DNA of 64,000 bases from Candidatus Onthoplasma sp. (GCA_965646995.1 CBFGBH010000007.1:4585-68584), one strand, 5' to 3'; shown: positions 27,263 to 36,780, counted from the stretch's first letter. Numbers and translations: made by a program. Notes: generated from the letters alone by a model not told the origin.

Positions 27263-27613
27263 ATGATGGAAGTTAATCGTGGCGACATATATTTTGCAGA
27301 TCTTAGTCCAGTAGTGGGTAGCGAACAGGGTGGTGTTCGTCCCGTTTTGGTCGTGCAGAATGATGTGGGCAATAAATATAGTCCTACAGTGATTATCGCG
27401 GCGATTACGAGCCAGTTAACCAAAGCGAAACTCCCTACACATATTGAGCTTGATAAAGATAGCTATAATTTACCTAAGGATAGTGTAGTTTTGCTAGAGC
27501 AGATTCGCACGCTAGACAAACGTAGATTGAAAGATAAATTATCCACAATAGATAGTCAGACCATGCAAAAAGTAGACATTGCTATCATGATTAGTTTAGG
27601 CATTACAGCATAA
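27263..27613 (+). CDS. mazF: MazF/EndoA-type mRNA interferase toxin
   Basis: [29 protein letters not shown]...KLPTHIEL...[17 protein letters not shown] is very close to B. subtilis EndoA (NdoA), from memory. Confidence 0.9.
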   Translation: MMEVNRGDIYFADLSPVVGSEQGGVRPVLVVQNDVGNKYSPTVIIAAITSQLTKAKLPTHIELDKDSYNLPKDSVVLLEQIRTLDKRRLKDKLSTIDSQTMQKVDIAIMISLGITA

Positions 27614-27697
27614 AGGAATTGTGTAATTTTGTACAAAATTACTTTACATTCTTTTTTTTATATGATATACTTATATTATCATAAAAGAGAGTAACAA

Positions 27698-28771
27698 ATG
27701 ACAGAGATCGAATTAAATCAACTAAGCATATTCGCCTTGAGAGAACTTGCTAGACAGATAGGAGTACCATCTCCGACTAGCAAGAAAAAGGATGAATTAA
27801 TCCAAGCTATCTTGGATATCAATACAGGGAAGAAAAAACCATATATCGCCAAGACCAAGCAGGGTCGCCCGCCTAAAAATTATGGTTATCCTTTTACGGA
27901 TGTCATAAATAATAATGTCAAACCTATTTATAGTGCAACTGTACTAAATCAGGCCACAGAGTTTAGAGGATGTATGTCTGAATTTATCTCTGGATATTTA
28001 GAGATTGTGAGCAACAATTTAGCCTATGTCTGCTCATATGAAGGATTTGAATGTCATCGAGTTATTATTCCATTTTCGTTAATAGTAGAATATAATTTAA
28101 AGAATGGAGATTTTTTACATGTGCGTGTGATTAATACTCCGACCAAAATTGAAGTTGGTGAAGTACTCAATATCAATAATTGTTCGATTAAGAAATTTAA
28201 TCCGAATCGAAAGGATTATTATGAATATCGTCATGAGATGAGCGAAGATAATATCTCATTTGCAGATGAAGATATGTCCAAATTCGATATAAAGTTTGGC
28301 GAGAGTGTGTATCTTTATGGCAAAAATAATAGAGAGAATACTGAATCGATTATTAATATGCTTAACAAATGTGAAGTAGATAAAAAATTATATGTCAATA
28401 TATCTATAGCAGAGAAGAATAAATGTCTCATAGAGAAATTAAATGGAGCAGAGATGTTCGTTGCCAATTTCACAGATGACATCGATACAGCTAAGCGTGT
28501 AGTACTATTAGCTGCCGAGCGAGCTAAGCGACTATTTGAATCAGGAGTAAGCGTAGTAGTTGCGATAGATGATGTATTGTCTCTTGCAGGAATCGACACT
28601 CAAGATTTACCAGTCACTAAGAATCTTCTTTCGCTTGCCAAATCCGCGCCAGACGCAGGCTCAGTATCTGTGTTTGCTGTAATTTCTTCGAATAATGGTA
28701 TCAGCCTATTTGAGAAACTAGCAGATAGACGACTTAAAGTACTAAATCGTGAATTATTTATTATGGATTAA
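27698..28771 (+). CDS. Rho-like protein with intact N-terminal/RNA-binding region but degenerate ATPase motifs (pseudo-Rho)
   Basis: Rho_N-like LSIFALRELARQIGVPSPTSKKKDELIQAIL and a CSD-like segment ...EYNLKNGDFLHVRV. The Walker A position reads YLYGKNNRENT. VVVAIDDVLSLA aligns to [10 protein letters not shown]. 357 aa. Confidence 0.6.
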   Translation: MTEIELNQLSIFALRELARQIGVPSPTSKKKDELIQAILDINTGKKKPYIAKTKQGRPPKNYGYPFTDVINNNVKPIYSATVLNQATEFRGCMSEFISGYLEIVSNNLAYVCSYEGFECHRVIIPFSLIVEYNLKNGDFLHVRVINTPTKIEVGEVLNINNCSIKKFNPNRKDYYEYRHEMSEDNISFADEDMSKFDIKFGESVYLYGKNNRENTESIINMLNKCEVDKKLYVNISIAEKNKCLIEKLNGAEMFVANFTDDIDTAKRVVLLAAERAKRLFESGVSVVVAIDDVLSLAGIDTQDLPVTKNLLSLAKSAPDAGSVSVFAVISSNNGISLFEKLADRRLKVLNRELFIMD

Positions 28772-28906
28772 CATAATAAATTTTTTTTATTTTTAAATAT
28801 TTCAAACTAGTTTATTAAAATTTTAGACAATACTAATTTTCATTCGTAAATTTTCACATTTTGATTTCTTTATTTAGTTTTATTTAAATTTTTAACTTTT
28901 TAATTA

Positions 28907-28935
28907 TTGATTTTTATGTATGCTTGTGATATAAT
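28907..28935 (+). promoter_or_regulatory. Promoter of the 1398-aa gene
   Basis: TTGATT, 17 nt, TATAAT with TGa extended -10. A long A/T-tract region lies upstream. Confidence 0.55.
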
Positions 28936-28952
28936 TATTTTAAGAGGTATTT

Positions 28953-31900
28953 ATGGCAGATACTAAAGTGAAATTAACTAAACAATTTAATATCATTAGT
29001 GCGACAGAAGCTTCATCTAAACCACTAAGAGATATATTTATAATAGATACAAAGGGAATGGCTCATCGAACTAGTGATTTATATTTTAAAGCAGATAATA
29101 ATTCGCCTACTCGTAAAATTAAAACTTTTTCAGATTTGCAGAATGCCATTAAAGGATATATCTATACTAGTAATAATGACGCATCTCAAATTAAAATAGT
29201 AGAGCAGACTAGGGGATCGATGAAATCATATTATTCCACTCGTAATTATGAGATACCAGCATCATTTGAGTCGGATTCTGTCAATGGTGCGGACAGGACG
29301 ATTACAAGAGGAAGAACGACGACAATTTTACATGATACAGTTCCTGTGGGCATAAAGAGAACTCTAGAATTGAAACGAATACCGTCTGTATCTGATTTTG
29401 AGAAGGACGAAGCTTATTTTTCGAAAACCGAATACTTCATGGTAAAAGCGGGCGGTCGCTGGATGAGAGTTCATCGCTCAGAGATAGGTATTTATAATGG
29501 TATTGAGTTTATTAGCTTAGACCATGCTAAGAATAAAATTAAATCATTTGAACAATTAAATAATGTGGATATCAGTGTGACTCCTATAGTCCTTTCTCAT
29601 AAATTAGGTGGTTATACTCTTGAAGAGATAGGCTTAGAGTCAGCTCTTACAGTTGGACGAATATTAGACTATGAGAGAATAAATACTTACACAATGACTC
29701 GAGAGACAATTGAGAGGAAAGAAGATGGTACAGAAGCGGTTAAAGCAAATCTATCTAAGCCACTAGATAGAGAACTATCCGAGCATATATTCGTTCCGCC
29801 AGTAGACAATGCAGAGGCTACTCTGAATGTCAAGACTTTCTCATATGACGAGAATGGTAATGTAATTAAGGTAGTGCTTTCAGACGGCACTACTCGTCTA
29901 GTCTCACTAGACAAATTATTAGAAGTAGATATAGACGGTAAGGCTACAGATAAGACGATTGATTTGAGTGGTACATCCGATGAGATTAAAGATAAATTAT
30001 CTAAATTAGTAGGCAAGCAGGTGGCATTCGAATTGGATGGCAAGAAATATATATCCGCTCCACTAACTTACGAGCAGACAATAATGCGTTATACTAGCAA
30101 TAAGTATATGAACGCTACCAATGTCGCATTTGACGAGAAAGCTACTGACCCTACATATCTTCGTCTGAAAAATGGCAAATATGTAGAGGAGCAAAAAGCC
30201 ATTCGCCCAATTTGCTATGATTATGTTAAGAATGAAGATTATGAGAAATTATCTTCTTCTGAGAGGAAACGTTGTCGTGGTTTAGTTATCTTAGATAGCG
30301 GAGAAACTCGAATTGTAGATATATCAGAGTTGAGGTCTAAATATAGCAGTTTGGCTCCTAGTAGAAAGAGTATCATCACCCCATCTACCAAGGCAATCGC
30401 TGACTGTGATGTCATCCAGACTACCAATGTGGCAGGGGCAAAAACTCATAAATGTACACTGCTTAATAATCCAGATAGTACACCTGTATTTTCTACAGAA
30501 GATGAGAAAAATGATGCTATTAAATCAGCCTGCGAGACCTTCCTAGCTGGTTATAAGAGTAATGACCTTAATTCACACTATCAACTAGACGAAGTATTAG
30601 TTGATGGCAAATTTGAGCCGTTATCCGATCAAGGACAGAGATACCAAATTACAGATACATATTCTCGTCCATTCCATGCTAAAGAGAATGATGATTACAA
30701 GTATTTAAAGAAATCTCCATTAGTTATTAACAATGGTAAACTCGAGGGTGGAGTTCGATACGACACAGCCGGTGCTATTAAGGATTTTTATAAGTCATGG
30801 GGAGCTTTCTTTGGTGGTATCATGGCATTCACTTTTAGTGTGGGTGGTATTATCACAGCATTAGCAGCTCCAGTCCTACTAGGTGGTGCTATGGCAGCAC
30901 TCGTAGTATCAGCGATAGTTGGGCTTATATACCACGCGATCAAAGGTCGTAGGATGAATAGTATGTTCCGTAAGGGCAAGAAATTCGCAGATACCGCACA
31001 GTTACAGAGGGATGGCATTGAGACTGAAGTGAAAGCCGAACTGCAAGACATCCTTAACCAAGTGAAAGACCTTACTAATACTTCAGAGAAAGGTGCTTTG
31101 AGTGAAATTCAAAAAGAATTAGTAAATGTTACAACAGAAATAGAGCAATTAGAAGCAGAGCAAACTAGACTTAATAGTCTAGTCCTACACTTAGATACAG
31201 ATGTTACTAATGCTGAAACTAAGTTAAATGAAGATATAGCTATGCGAAATACATTAGATACTCAATTTACAGATCTATCAAATGAAATGTTGAGTAAAGG
31301 TTGGACAGCTGATGATTTTGCTAGAATTTTATCTTTAACAGCTGATGATTTAGATTTAGCTTTGACAAATTCCAATATCGCACTATCCACAGCCCAATCA
31401 GAGCAGGCGGAGGCTCAGAGTGACTTAGATACTATTACCACTCTACAAGGGGAATTACAGGCACTCAGTCGTGAATTTGGTGGAAAAACACCTGCTGAAT
31501 TAAGAGCGGTACTTAAAACTGTCAGAGAACCAAAAAGAAAAGTCCCAGTCAACACCGAGTCCGAATTCTTAAAAATAAAGAAAGCAAAAGTCGATGCTAA
31601 AAAGACAGCATATGAAAAATACATAGAAGAATTAGCCCGTATCAGTAGATATGAAGAATTACTCGGTCTAGGTCTAGATGGGCAGAGAGCTAATGCAGAA
31701 GCTAGATTAGCCAGTGCTAATACTTCTATGGCTACAGCTCAGGATGCTAAAGACAAGGCAGAGAATGAGCGCGAATATAGAAGAATTAAAGAAGAGTTAG
31801 ATGTTCAAGATAATGTCGTAGATAGTTCAAGAGACAGGCTACAAGAAGCAAAAAATGCAGTGTCTGATAATAATGAAAAGTTACAAGAAACAATCGCTAA

Positions 31901-33149
31901 ACTATCAAAAGCCCAAGAAAAGCACAAAGATTTAAAAGCGCAAAAGGAAGATTATCGTACCGCTATCATGGAGCGAATAGATGCTACTTGTCAGAAAATT
32001 CTTGAGACCTCTCCTACAGAATACCATGCAGAGTTCACAGTGACAGACGGCAAAGCTGAGATTAATGACAGCAATGCAGCCTTAGCTCAAGAGTATATGC
32101 AGAAATATCGAGCAGCAGAGAAGAAACTCAAAGAAGTTGAGAAACGACATAAAAAAGGCAATGCCACCGACGATGAGTTAAATAAAGCAAAAGATGAACT
32201 AGAAGTGTTGAAAAACTACCACGCTTCTACCAGTGAATCGAAAGATAACGATTATCAGAAACGACTCACGATGGCGAAACGCTATAAGGCTTTCATCGAA
32301 CTCAAGACTTTCGGTACAGAAGATGAGAAGAAAGCACTCAAAGACTATGATTTTAATACAAATACAGGCGAAATCGTATATACTGGTAAATTAACAGGTA
32401 AGAAGAGCAAAGAGCGTCAAACTGAATTAAAATCGAAATTATCAAAAGCTCTTACACTAATAGACAAAGCAATAGAAGGTAAGCTCCCAGACGACACACC
32501 AAGAGCGGAAGGTAAAGTCGGAGAGATTAAGACTTTCACTAATGAGGATGAGTTGAAAGATTCACTCGTTACCAATAAGGACGAAGATGTCAAGATGCCT
32601 ACCTTAGAGAAAACCGAAGATAAGGAAGACGAAAAGACAGAAGAAGACGAAAAATCAGCAGATAAAGAAGCCGAAGACGAGAAAGAAGTTGAGAAAACCG
32701 ACGAAACAGCAGCAAGGTCAGGACTAGACAAAGAACTTAGCAGTACTGCTATCAAGGCTATTGAATACATGTATACTAAACCTAAATATATTGATAAGAA
32801 ATATATTAAGATGATGCTTACTTTAATTACTACATATACTACATTAGGGCATTTGAAATTAAAGGGTAATAAACTGACCAAAGAGCTTGAGACAATTTAT
32901 AAAGATATTAATGATTTCTTGCGTGCTAATGCTCATGTTCTTAGTGATGTGGCTAAAACTTATGATGAAAGGACAGAAAAAAGCAAAGAATATCCATTCA
33001 TGGACGCAAAACTCTATATAAGTATAGTTAAAGGTGCTAATAAATATACAAACTATCATGCAGATCTTAAAAACAAAGTAAAAGTAGGCGATCGTGTACT
33101 AGGCAAAAAACCTAAATCTACAGACTTAGATAGAGAAGAGACTCTCTAG
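28953..33149 (+). CDS. Giant (1398 aa) protein: ~615-aa N-terminal region of unknown fold, central Gly-rich two-TM hairpin, ~700-aa coiled coil with an acidic segment
   Basis: Single uninterrupted ORF with RBS AAGAGG. The TM hairpin WGAFFGGIMAFTFSVGGIITALAAPVLLGGAMAALVVSAIVGLIY lies at about 30795-30945. Heptad-like E/K/L/Q-rich sequence follows. No signal peptide. Confidence 0.8.
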   Translation: MADTKVKLTKQFNIISATEASSKPLRDIFIIDTKGMAHRTSDLYFKADNNSPTRKIKTFSDLQNAIKGYIYTSNNDASQIKIVEQTRGSMKSYYSTRNYEIPASFESDSVNGADRTITRGRTTTILHDTVPVGIKRTLELKRIPSVSDFEKDEAYFSKTEYFMVKAGGRWMRVHRSEIGIYNGIEFISLDHAKNKIKSFEQLNNVDISVTPIVLSHKLGGYTLEEIGLESALTVGRILDYERINTYTMTRETIERKEDGTEAVKANLSKPLDRELSEHIFVPPVDNAEATLNVKTFSYDENGNVIKVVLSDGTTRLVSLDKLLEVDIDGKATDKTIDLSGTSDEIKDKLSKLVGKQVAFELDGKKYISAPLTYEQTIMRYTSNKYMNATNVAFDEKATDPTYLRLKNGKYVEEQKAIRPICYDYVKNEDYEKLSSSERKRCRGLVILDSGETRIVDISELRSKYSSLAPSRKSIITPSTKAIADCDVIQTTNVAGAKTHKCTLLNNPDSTPVFSTEDEKNDAIKSACETFLAGYKSNDLNSHYQLDEVLVDGKFEPLSDQGQRYQITDTYSRPFHAKENDDYKYLKKSPLVINNGKLEGGVRYDTAGAIKDFYKSWGAFFGGIMAFTFSVGGIITALAAPVLLGGAMAALVVSAIVGLIYHAIKGRRMNSMFRKGKKFADTAQLQRDGIETEVKAELQDILNQVKDLTNTSEKGALSEIQKELVNVTTEIEQLEAEQTRLNSLVLHLDTDVTNAETKLNEDIAMRNTLDTQFTDLSNEMLSKGWTADDFARILSLTADDLDLALTNSNIALSTAQSEQAEAQSDLDTITTLQGELQALSREFGGKTPAELRAVLKTVREPKRKVPVNTESEFLKIKKAKVDAKKTAYEKYIEELARISRYEELLGLGLDGQRANAEARLASANTSMATAQDAKDKAENEREYRRIKEELDVQDNVVDSSRDRLQEAKNAVSDNNEKLQETIAKLSKAQEKHKDLKAQKEDYRTAIMERIDATCQKILETSPTEYHAEFTVTDGKAEINDSNAALAQEYMQKYRAAEKKLKEVEKRHKKGNATDDELNKAKDELEVLKNYHASTSESKDNDYQKRLTMAKRYKAFIELKTFGTEDEKKALKDYDFNTNTGEIVYTGKLTGKKSKERQTELKSKLSKALTLIDKAIEGKLPDDTPRAEGKVGEIKTFTNEDELKDSLVTNKDEDVKMPTLEKTEDKEDEKTEEDEKSADKEAEDEKEVEKTDETAARSGLDKELSSTAIKAIEYMYTKPKYIDKKYIKMMLTLITTYTTLGHLKLKGNKLTKELETIYKDINDFLRANAHVLSDVAKTYDERTEKSKEYPFMDAKLYISIVKGANKYTNYHADLKNKVKVGDRVLGKKPKSTDLDREETL

Positions 33150-33349
33150 AGAAATCATTTGACTAATTTCTAGAAGAAATAAATCCACAAAAACGATTAA
33201 TTAAGTCATAAAGTTGCTAGTTTAAGAAAATATTAGTTAACTTTATTAAAAGATTATTTAAATTTCATTACAGTAAAATTTAGAACTTCAGGGTTGACTA
33301 TGAAACTTTACATAATAGTAGCAATATATAAATATTTCAATGACTATGT

Positions 33350-33566
33350 AGATATGTAAGATAAAAAATCTGATGAAGTTGAAAAATAGAAGATAGAACA
33401 ATAGACTAAATCCAATAGTGAAGTGGCGATTCACTTTAGGAGATATTGAAAAGATATCCGCTCGCTCGGCGTAAAAGAGCAATTAAGGTGGGTTATACCA
33501 ATTAGGGTGGAACCGCGGTATTAATTTATCGTCCCTATGCAAAACTTTTTGCATAGGGATTTTTTG
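33350..33566 (+). promoter_or_regulatory. T-box leader (glycine-type) with terminator
   Basis: T-box sequence AATTAGGGTGGAACCGCGG (33500-33518). Terminator CCCTATGC-loop-GCATAGGG (33533-33558) followed by TTTTTT. The 5' boundary is approximate. Confidence 0.7.
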
Positions 33567-33741
33567 TTTATGAGGGATACACCAGTTTTCCTCACATTAC
33601 TCACTCTTCATATGAGAAAGTATTATAATAAAAAAAGGAGAAAATAAAATTAGAAATTTTGTCACTCAGAATTTCTACATTATTCTCCATAAAATAAAAA
33701 ATTAAAACCTATAGAAAGTAAAAGATAAAGGAGATAAATAA

Positions 33742-35106
33742 ATGGGAAATTTTGATAAAATAGTGAATTTATGTAAAAATAGGGGATTTATATTCCCTGG
33801 TAGTGATATATATGACGGACTAGCGAATACATGGGATTACGGTCCGGTCGGTGTGGAACTAAAGAATAATATCAAGCGTGCATGGTGGAAGAAATTTGTG
33901 CAGGAGTCGCATAATTCATTCGGCGTGGATGCAGATATCTTCATGAATAGTAGAGTATGGGATGCAAGCGGTCATACAGCGGGCTTTTCTGATCCTAAAA
34001 TGGATTGTAAGTCGTGTAAGACTCGTCATAGAGCGGACAATCTCATCGAAGCACATTCGAAAGGAAATGTGAACCCAGACCTTATGACAAACGAGGAGAT
34101 GGAGAAATACATCGCAGAGCATAAGGTTGCATGCCCGAAATGTGGTAAATGCGACTGGACTAATATTCGTAATTTCAATCTTATGTTTTCCACTTCTCGT
34201 GGAGTTACAGACGAGAGCCAAAATCTAATCTATCTTCGACCAGAGACCGCACAGGGAGAGTTTGTAAATTTTTTAAATGTACAGCGCAGTATGCGTGCGA
34301 AAGTACCATTCGGTATAGCTCAGATTGGTAAAGCGTTCCGTAACGAAGTGACTCCGGGGAATTTCACTTTCCGTACTATTGAGTTTGAGCAGATGGAGCA
34401 CCAGTGGTTCTGTAAGGCAGACACTAGCATGGACTTTTACGCCGAGTATAAGAAGAAAGCAATGGATTTCTTACTAGCTTTAGGTTTCAGTTCTGAGCAT
34501 TTACGCTATCACGACCATGATAAACTCGTATTCTATGCCAAAGCAGCGTGCGATATTCAGTATCTGTATCCAATAGGTTGGGAAGAGCTCAATGGTATAC
34601 ATCATCGTGGAGATTGGGATTTGTCTCGTCATCAAGAGTTTAGTGGGAAATCAATGCTCTATCTAGATCCTTTCACTAACGAGAAATATATTCCGAATGT
34701 AATAGAGTACTCAATCGGTTGCGATAGACTTACTTTGGCGGTTTTATGTGAAGCATATGACGAAGAGAAATTAGAGGGCGGAGACACCCGTGTCGTGATG
34801 CACTTCCACCCAAGCATTGCGCCATATAAAGTAGCAATTCTACCATTACAGAAAAATCTAAGTGAGAAAGCTAACGAAGTTTACTCAAAGCTCAGCAAAC
34901 ATTTCATGGTAACATACGATGAAGCAGGTAGCATAGGTAAACGCTATCGCCGTCAGGACGAGATAGGTACTCCTATGTGCGTGACAATAGATTTCGATAC
35001 ATTAGAGAACAATACTGTTACAGTTCGTGACCGTGACACAATGGAGCAAATTCGTCTCCCAATCGACGAATTATTCGACTATATCAATAAAAAAATAGAG
35101 TTTTAA
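33742..35106 (+). CDS. glyQS: Glycine--tRNA ligase (single-chain class II)
   Basis: NRGFIFPGSDIYDGLANTWDYGPVGVELKNN, YLRPETAQG and FRNEVTPGNFTFRTIEFEQME. Confidence 0.95.
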   Translation: MGNFDKIVNLCKNRGFIFPGSDIYDGLANTWDYGPVGVELKNNIKRAWWKKFVQESHNSFGVDADIFMNSRVWDASGHTAGFSDPKMDCKSCKTRHRADNLIEAHSKGNVNPDLMTNEEMEKYIAEHKVACPKCGKCDWTNIRNFNLMFSTSRGVTDESQNLIYLRPETAQGEFVNFLNVQRSMRAKVPFGIAQIGKAFRNEVTPGNFTFRTIEFEQMEHQWFCKADTSMDFYAEYKKKAMDFLLALGFSSEHLRYHDHDKLVFYAKAACDIQYLYPIGWEELNGIHHRGDWDLSRHQEFSGKSMLYLDPFTNEKYIPNVIEYSIGCDRLTLAVLCEAYDEEKLEGGDTRVVMHFHPSIAPYKVAILPLQKNLSEKANEVYSKLSKHFMVTYDEAGSIGKRYRRQDEIGTPMCVTIDFDTLENNTVTVRDRDTMEQIRLPIDELFDYINKKIEF

Positions 35107-35236
35107 TCTAAACTCTTTTTTTATAATATATAATGGCTTATTCTACTCAGATTCTACTCAGATAAAAAAATAACCCACAATTCATACATTATATGTAGAC
35201 TATAGGTTATTTTAAAACACAATATATAGTGTTAAA

Positions 35237-35324
35237 TGGCGCGGAGCTAGGGATTCGAACCCCAGGAGGCTTTCACCTCGGCAGTTTTCAAGACTGCTGT
35301 ATTAGACCACTCTACCAGCTCCGC
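35237..35324 (-). tRNA. tRNA-Ser (anticodon UGA)
   Basis: GCGGAGC/GCTCCGC acceptor stem, anticodon stem GCAGT/ACTGC with loop CTTGAAA, long variable arm, GGTTCGAATCC T-loop, discriminator G and encoded CCA. Confidence 0.9.
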
Positions 35325-35377
35325 ATGTCTTATTGAGATACTGATATCTTGCAATACAAGAAACTTAGTACTTTGGT

Positions 35378-35406
35378 AATATAACATAAAATTTTCATTT
35401 TGACAA
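35378..35406 (-). promoter_or_regulatory. Promoter for tRNA-Ser
   Basis: Minus strand: TTGTCA, 17 nt, TATATT, about 50 nt upstream of the mature 5' end. Confidence 0.5.
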
Positions 35407-35699
35407 GTATTTAAACAAAATTTTTTGATAAAACCTATTAAAAGATTGTTAATTCATATCAATCAATATAAAACAAAGAAGTGAAAAATTTATTAAATAA
35501 AAAAACGACCGAAAAAATCTCCTAAAAATTTGTATTGCACTAATAAGATTTATAACGAAATACTAGTTAATTATTTATAAATTAAAGTATATGTAATAAT
35601 GTAAGTAAAAATTATTGATTTGTTTTGAATAATATTTATTCTAAAATTAGTTGTAAAATATTAAAAATTTTATTATAATATTATAGAGGAAAAGTACAA

Positions 35700-36254
35700 G
35701 TGGAGAAAAGTGTTTATCTAATACTGAGTCAGACAGGCACAATGTTTTCGCGTGCTTTGAAGTTCTTTACTGGGGCTAAATATAATCATTCTTCGATTTC
35801 GCTTTCTCCTACACTTGAGCCGATGTATTCGTTCGGCAGGCTCAATCCATATAATCCATTTATAGGCGGTTTTGTTCGCGAAGGTATTAATACAGGTACA
35901 TTTAAACGCTTTGATAAAACTACAGCTATAGTTTTGGAGATTAAAGTCAGTGAAGAGAAATATAATGGTTTAAAATCTCTAATTGATTACATAGAAAATA
36001 ATAAACTGAAATTTCATTATAATTACTTGGGTGTATTATATGCCTGCTTTAAGAGAAATCATGCACCCAAAAATAGATTTTATTGTTCTCAATTCGTACG
36101 CACTTGTTTGACAGCGTTTGATATAGAGAACGCATCAGAATTGCCCGAAATAATTAAACCGATTGATTTTATGAAACTGAATAATAAAAGAATAGTCTAT
36201 AGTGGTGTCTTGAAGAATTATAATAAAAGTAATGCAGTTGTGAATTTTAATTAA
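35700..36254 (+). CDS. YiiX/YebB-like permuted papain-fold (NlpC/P60-related) hydrolase
   Basis: LILSQTGTMFSRALKFFTGAKYNHSSISL followed by a later YCSQFV cysteine. GTG start after AGAGGA. Confidence 0.5.
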   Translation: MEKSVYLILSQTGTMFSRALKFFTGAKYNHSSISLSPTLEPMYSFGRLNPYNPFIGGFVREGINTGTFKRFDKTTAIVLEIKVSEEKYNGLKSLIDYIENNKLKFHYNYLGVLYACFKRNHAPKNRFYCSQFVRTCLTAFDIENASELPEIIKPIDFMKLNNKRIVYSGVLKNYNKSNAVVNFN

Positions 36255-36269
36255 TAAAGGAGAAAAATT

Positions 36270-36686
36270 ATGAAATGTGAATATTGTGGTAGAACGCTTA
36301 CCAATAATTATAAGTATTGCCCAGAATGTGGAGCATCGGTCCACGCTGAAGAAGAACCAGTAGAGGAGAAGGTAGAGACCTCTACTACTCAACCAGCAGA
36401 GAAGCCAGCAGAGAAGAAAATACCGGGGTTTGGTATTGCTGGTTTTACATTGGGTATCATAGGACTCTGTACAGTATCTATGGTATGTAGTATACTGGGT
36501 ATAATTTTTAGCGGAATTGCTTTGTCTAAATTTGATACTACTAAGCATAAAACGAAGGGGCTTGTTATCGCAGGATTAGTATTAGCTATAACCGGCGTTG
36601 TAGTAGCATTCTTTGCAAGTTTGAGAGACTTTACTAATTTCAATTTTTGGAATTTCTTATTTCTGTTCGGCATGTTTGCTGCATAG
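36270..36686 (+). CDS. Zinc-ribbon membrane protein (DUF4190-like)
   Basis: CEYCG...CPECG ribbon, a P/E-rich linker and Gly-rich TM segments. Confidence 0.6.
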   Translation: MKCEYCGRTLTNNYKYCPECGASVHAEEEPVEEKVETSTTQPAEKPAEKKIPGFGIAGFTLGIIGLCTVSMVCSILGIIFSGIALSKFDTTKHKTKGLVIAGLVLAITGVVVAFFASLRDFTNFNFWNFLFLFGMFAA

Positions 36687-36780
36687 TTAAAAAATAGATT
36701 TTATTCAATCTCAGAAGCTTTAAAAAATATGCTCTATGAGCATATTTTTTGTTTGTATATTTTATTATAGATAAGAAAAT

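Noticed and set aside
33288-33482. 64-aa minus-strand ORF in the glyQS upstream region.
   Set aside because: It overlaps the T-box leader on the opposite strand. It is low-complexity and AT-driven, and it has no RBS.
35139-35162. Direct repeat ATTCTACTCAG x2 downstream of glyQS.
   Set aside because: It is only two short copies in a terminator-poor AT-rich spacer, with no flanking features suggesting an att site or mobile-element end.
35237-35324. Possibility that the long-variable-arm tRNA is tRNA-Sec.
   Set aside because: The anticodon loop CTTGAAA gives anticodon UGA (serine codon UCA), whereas tRNA-Sec needs UCA. The acceptor stem is a standard 7 bp with discriminator G, as expected for tRNA-Ser.
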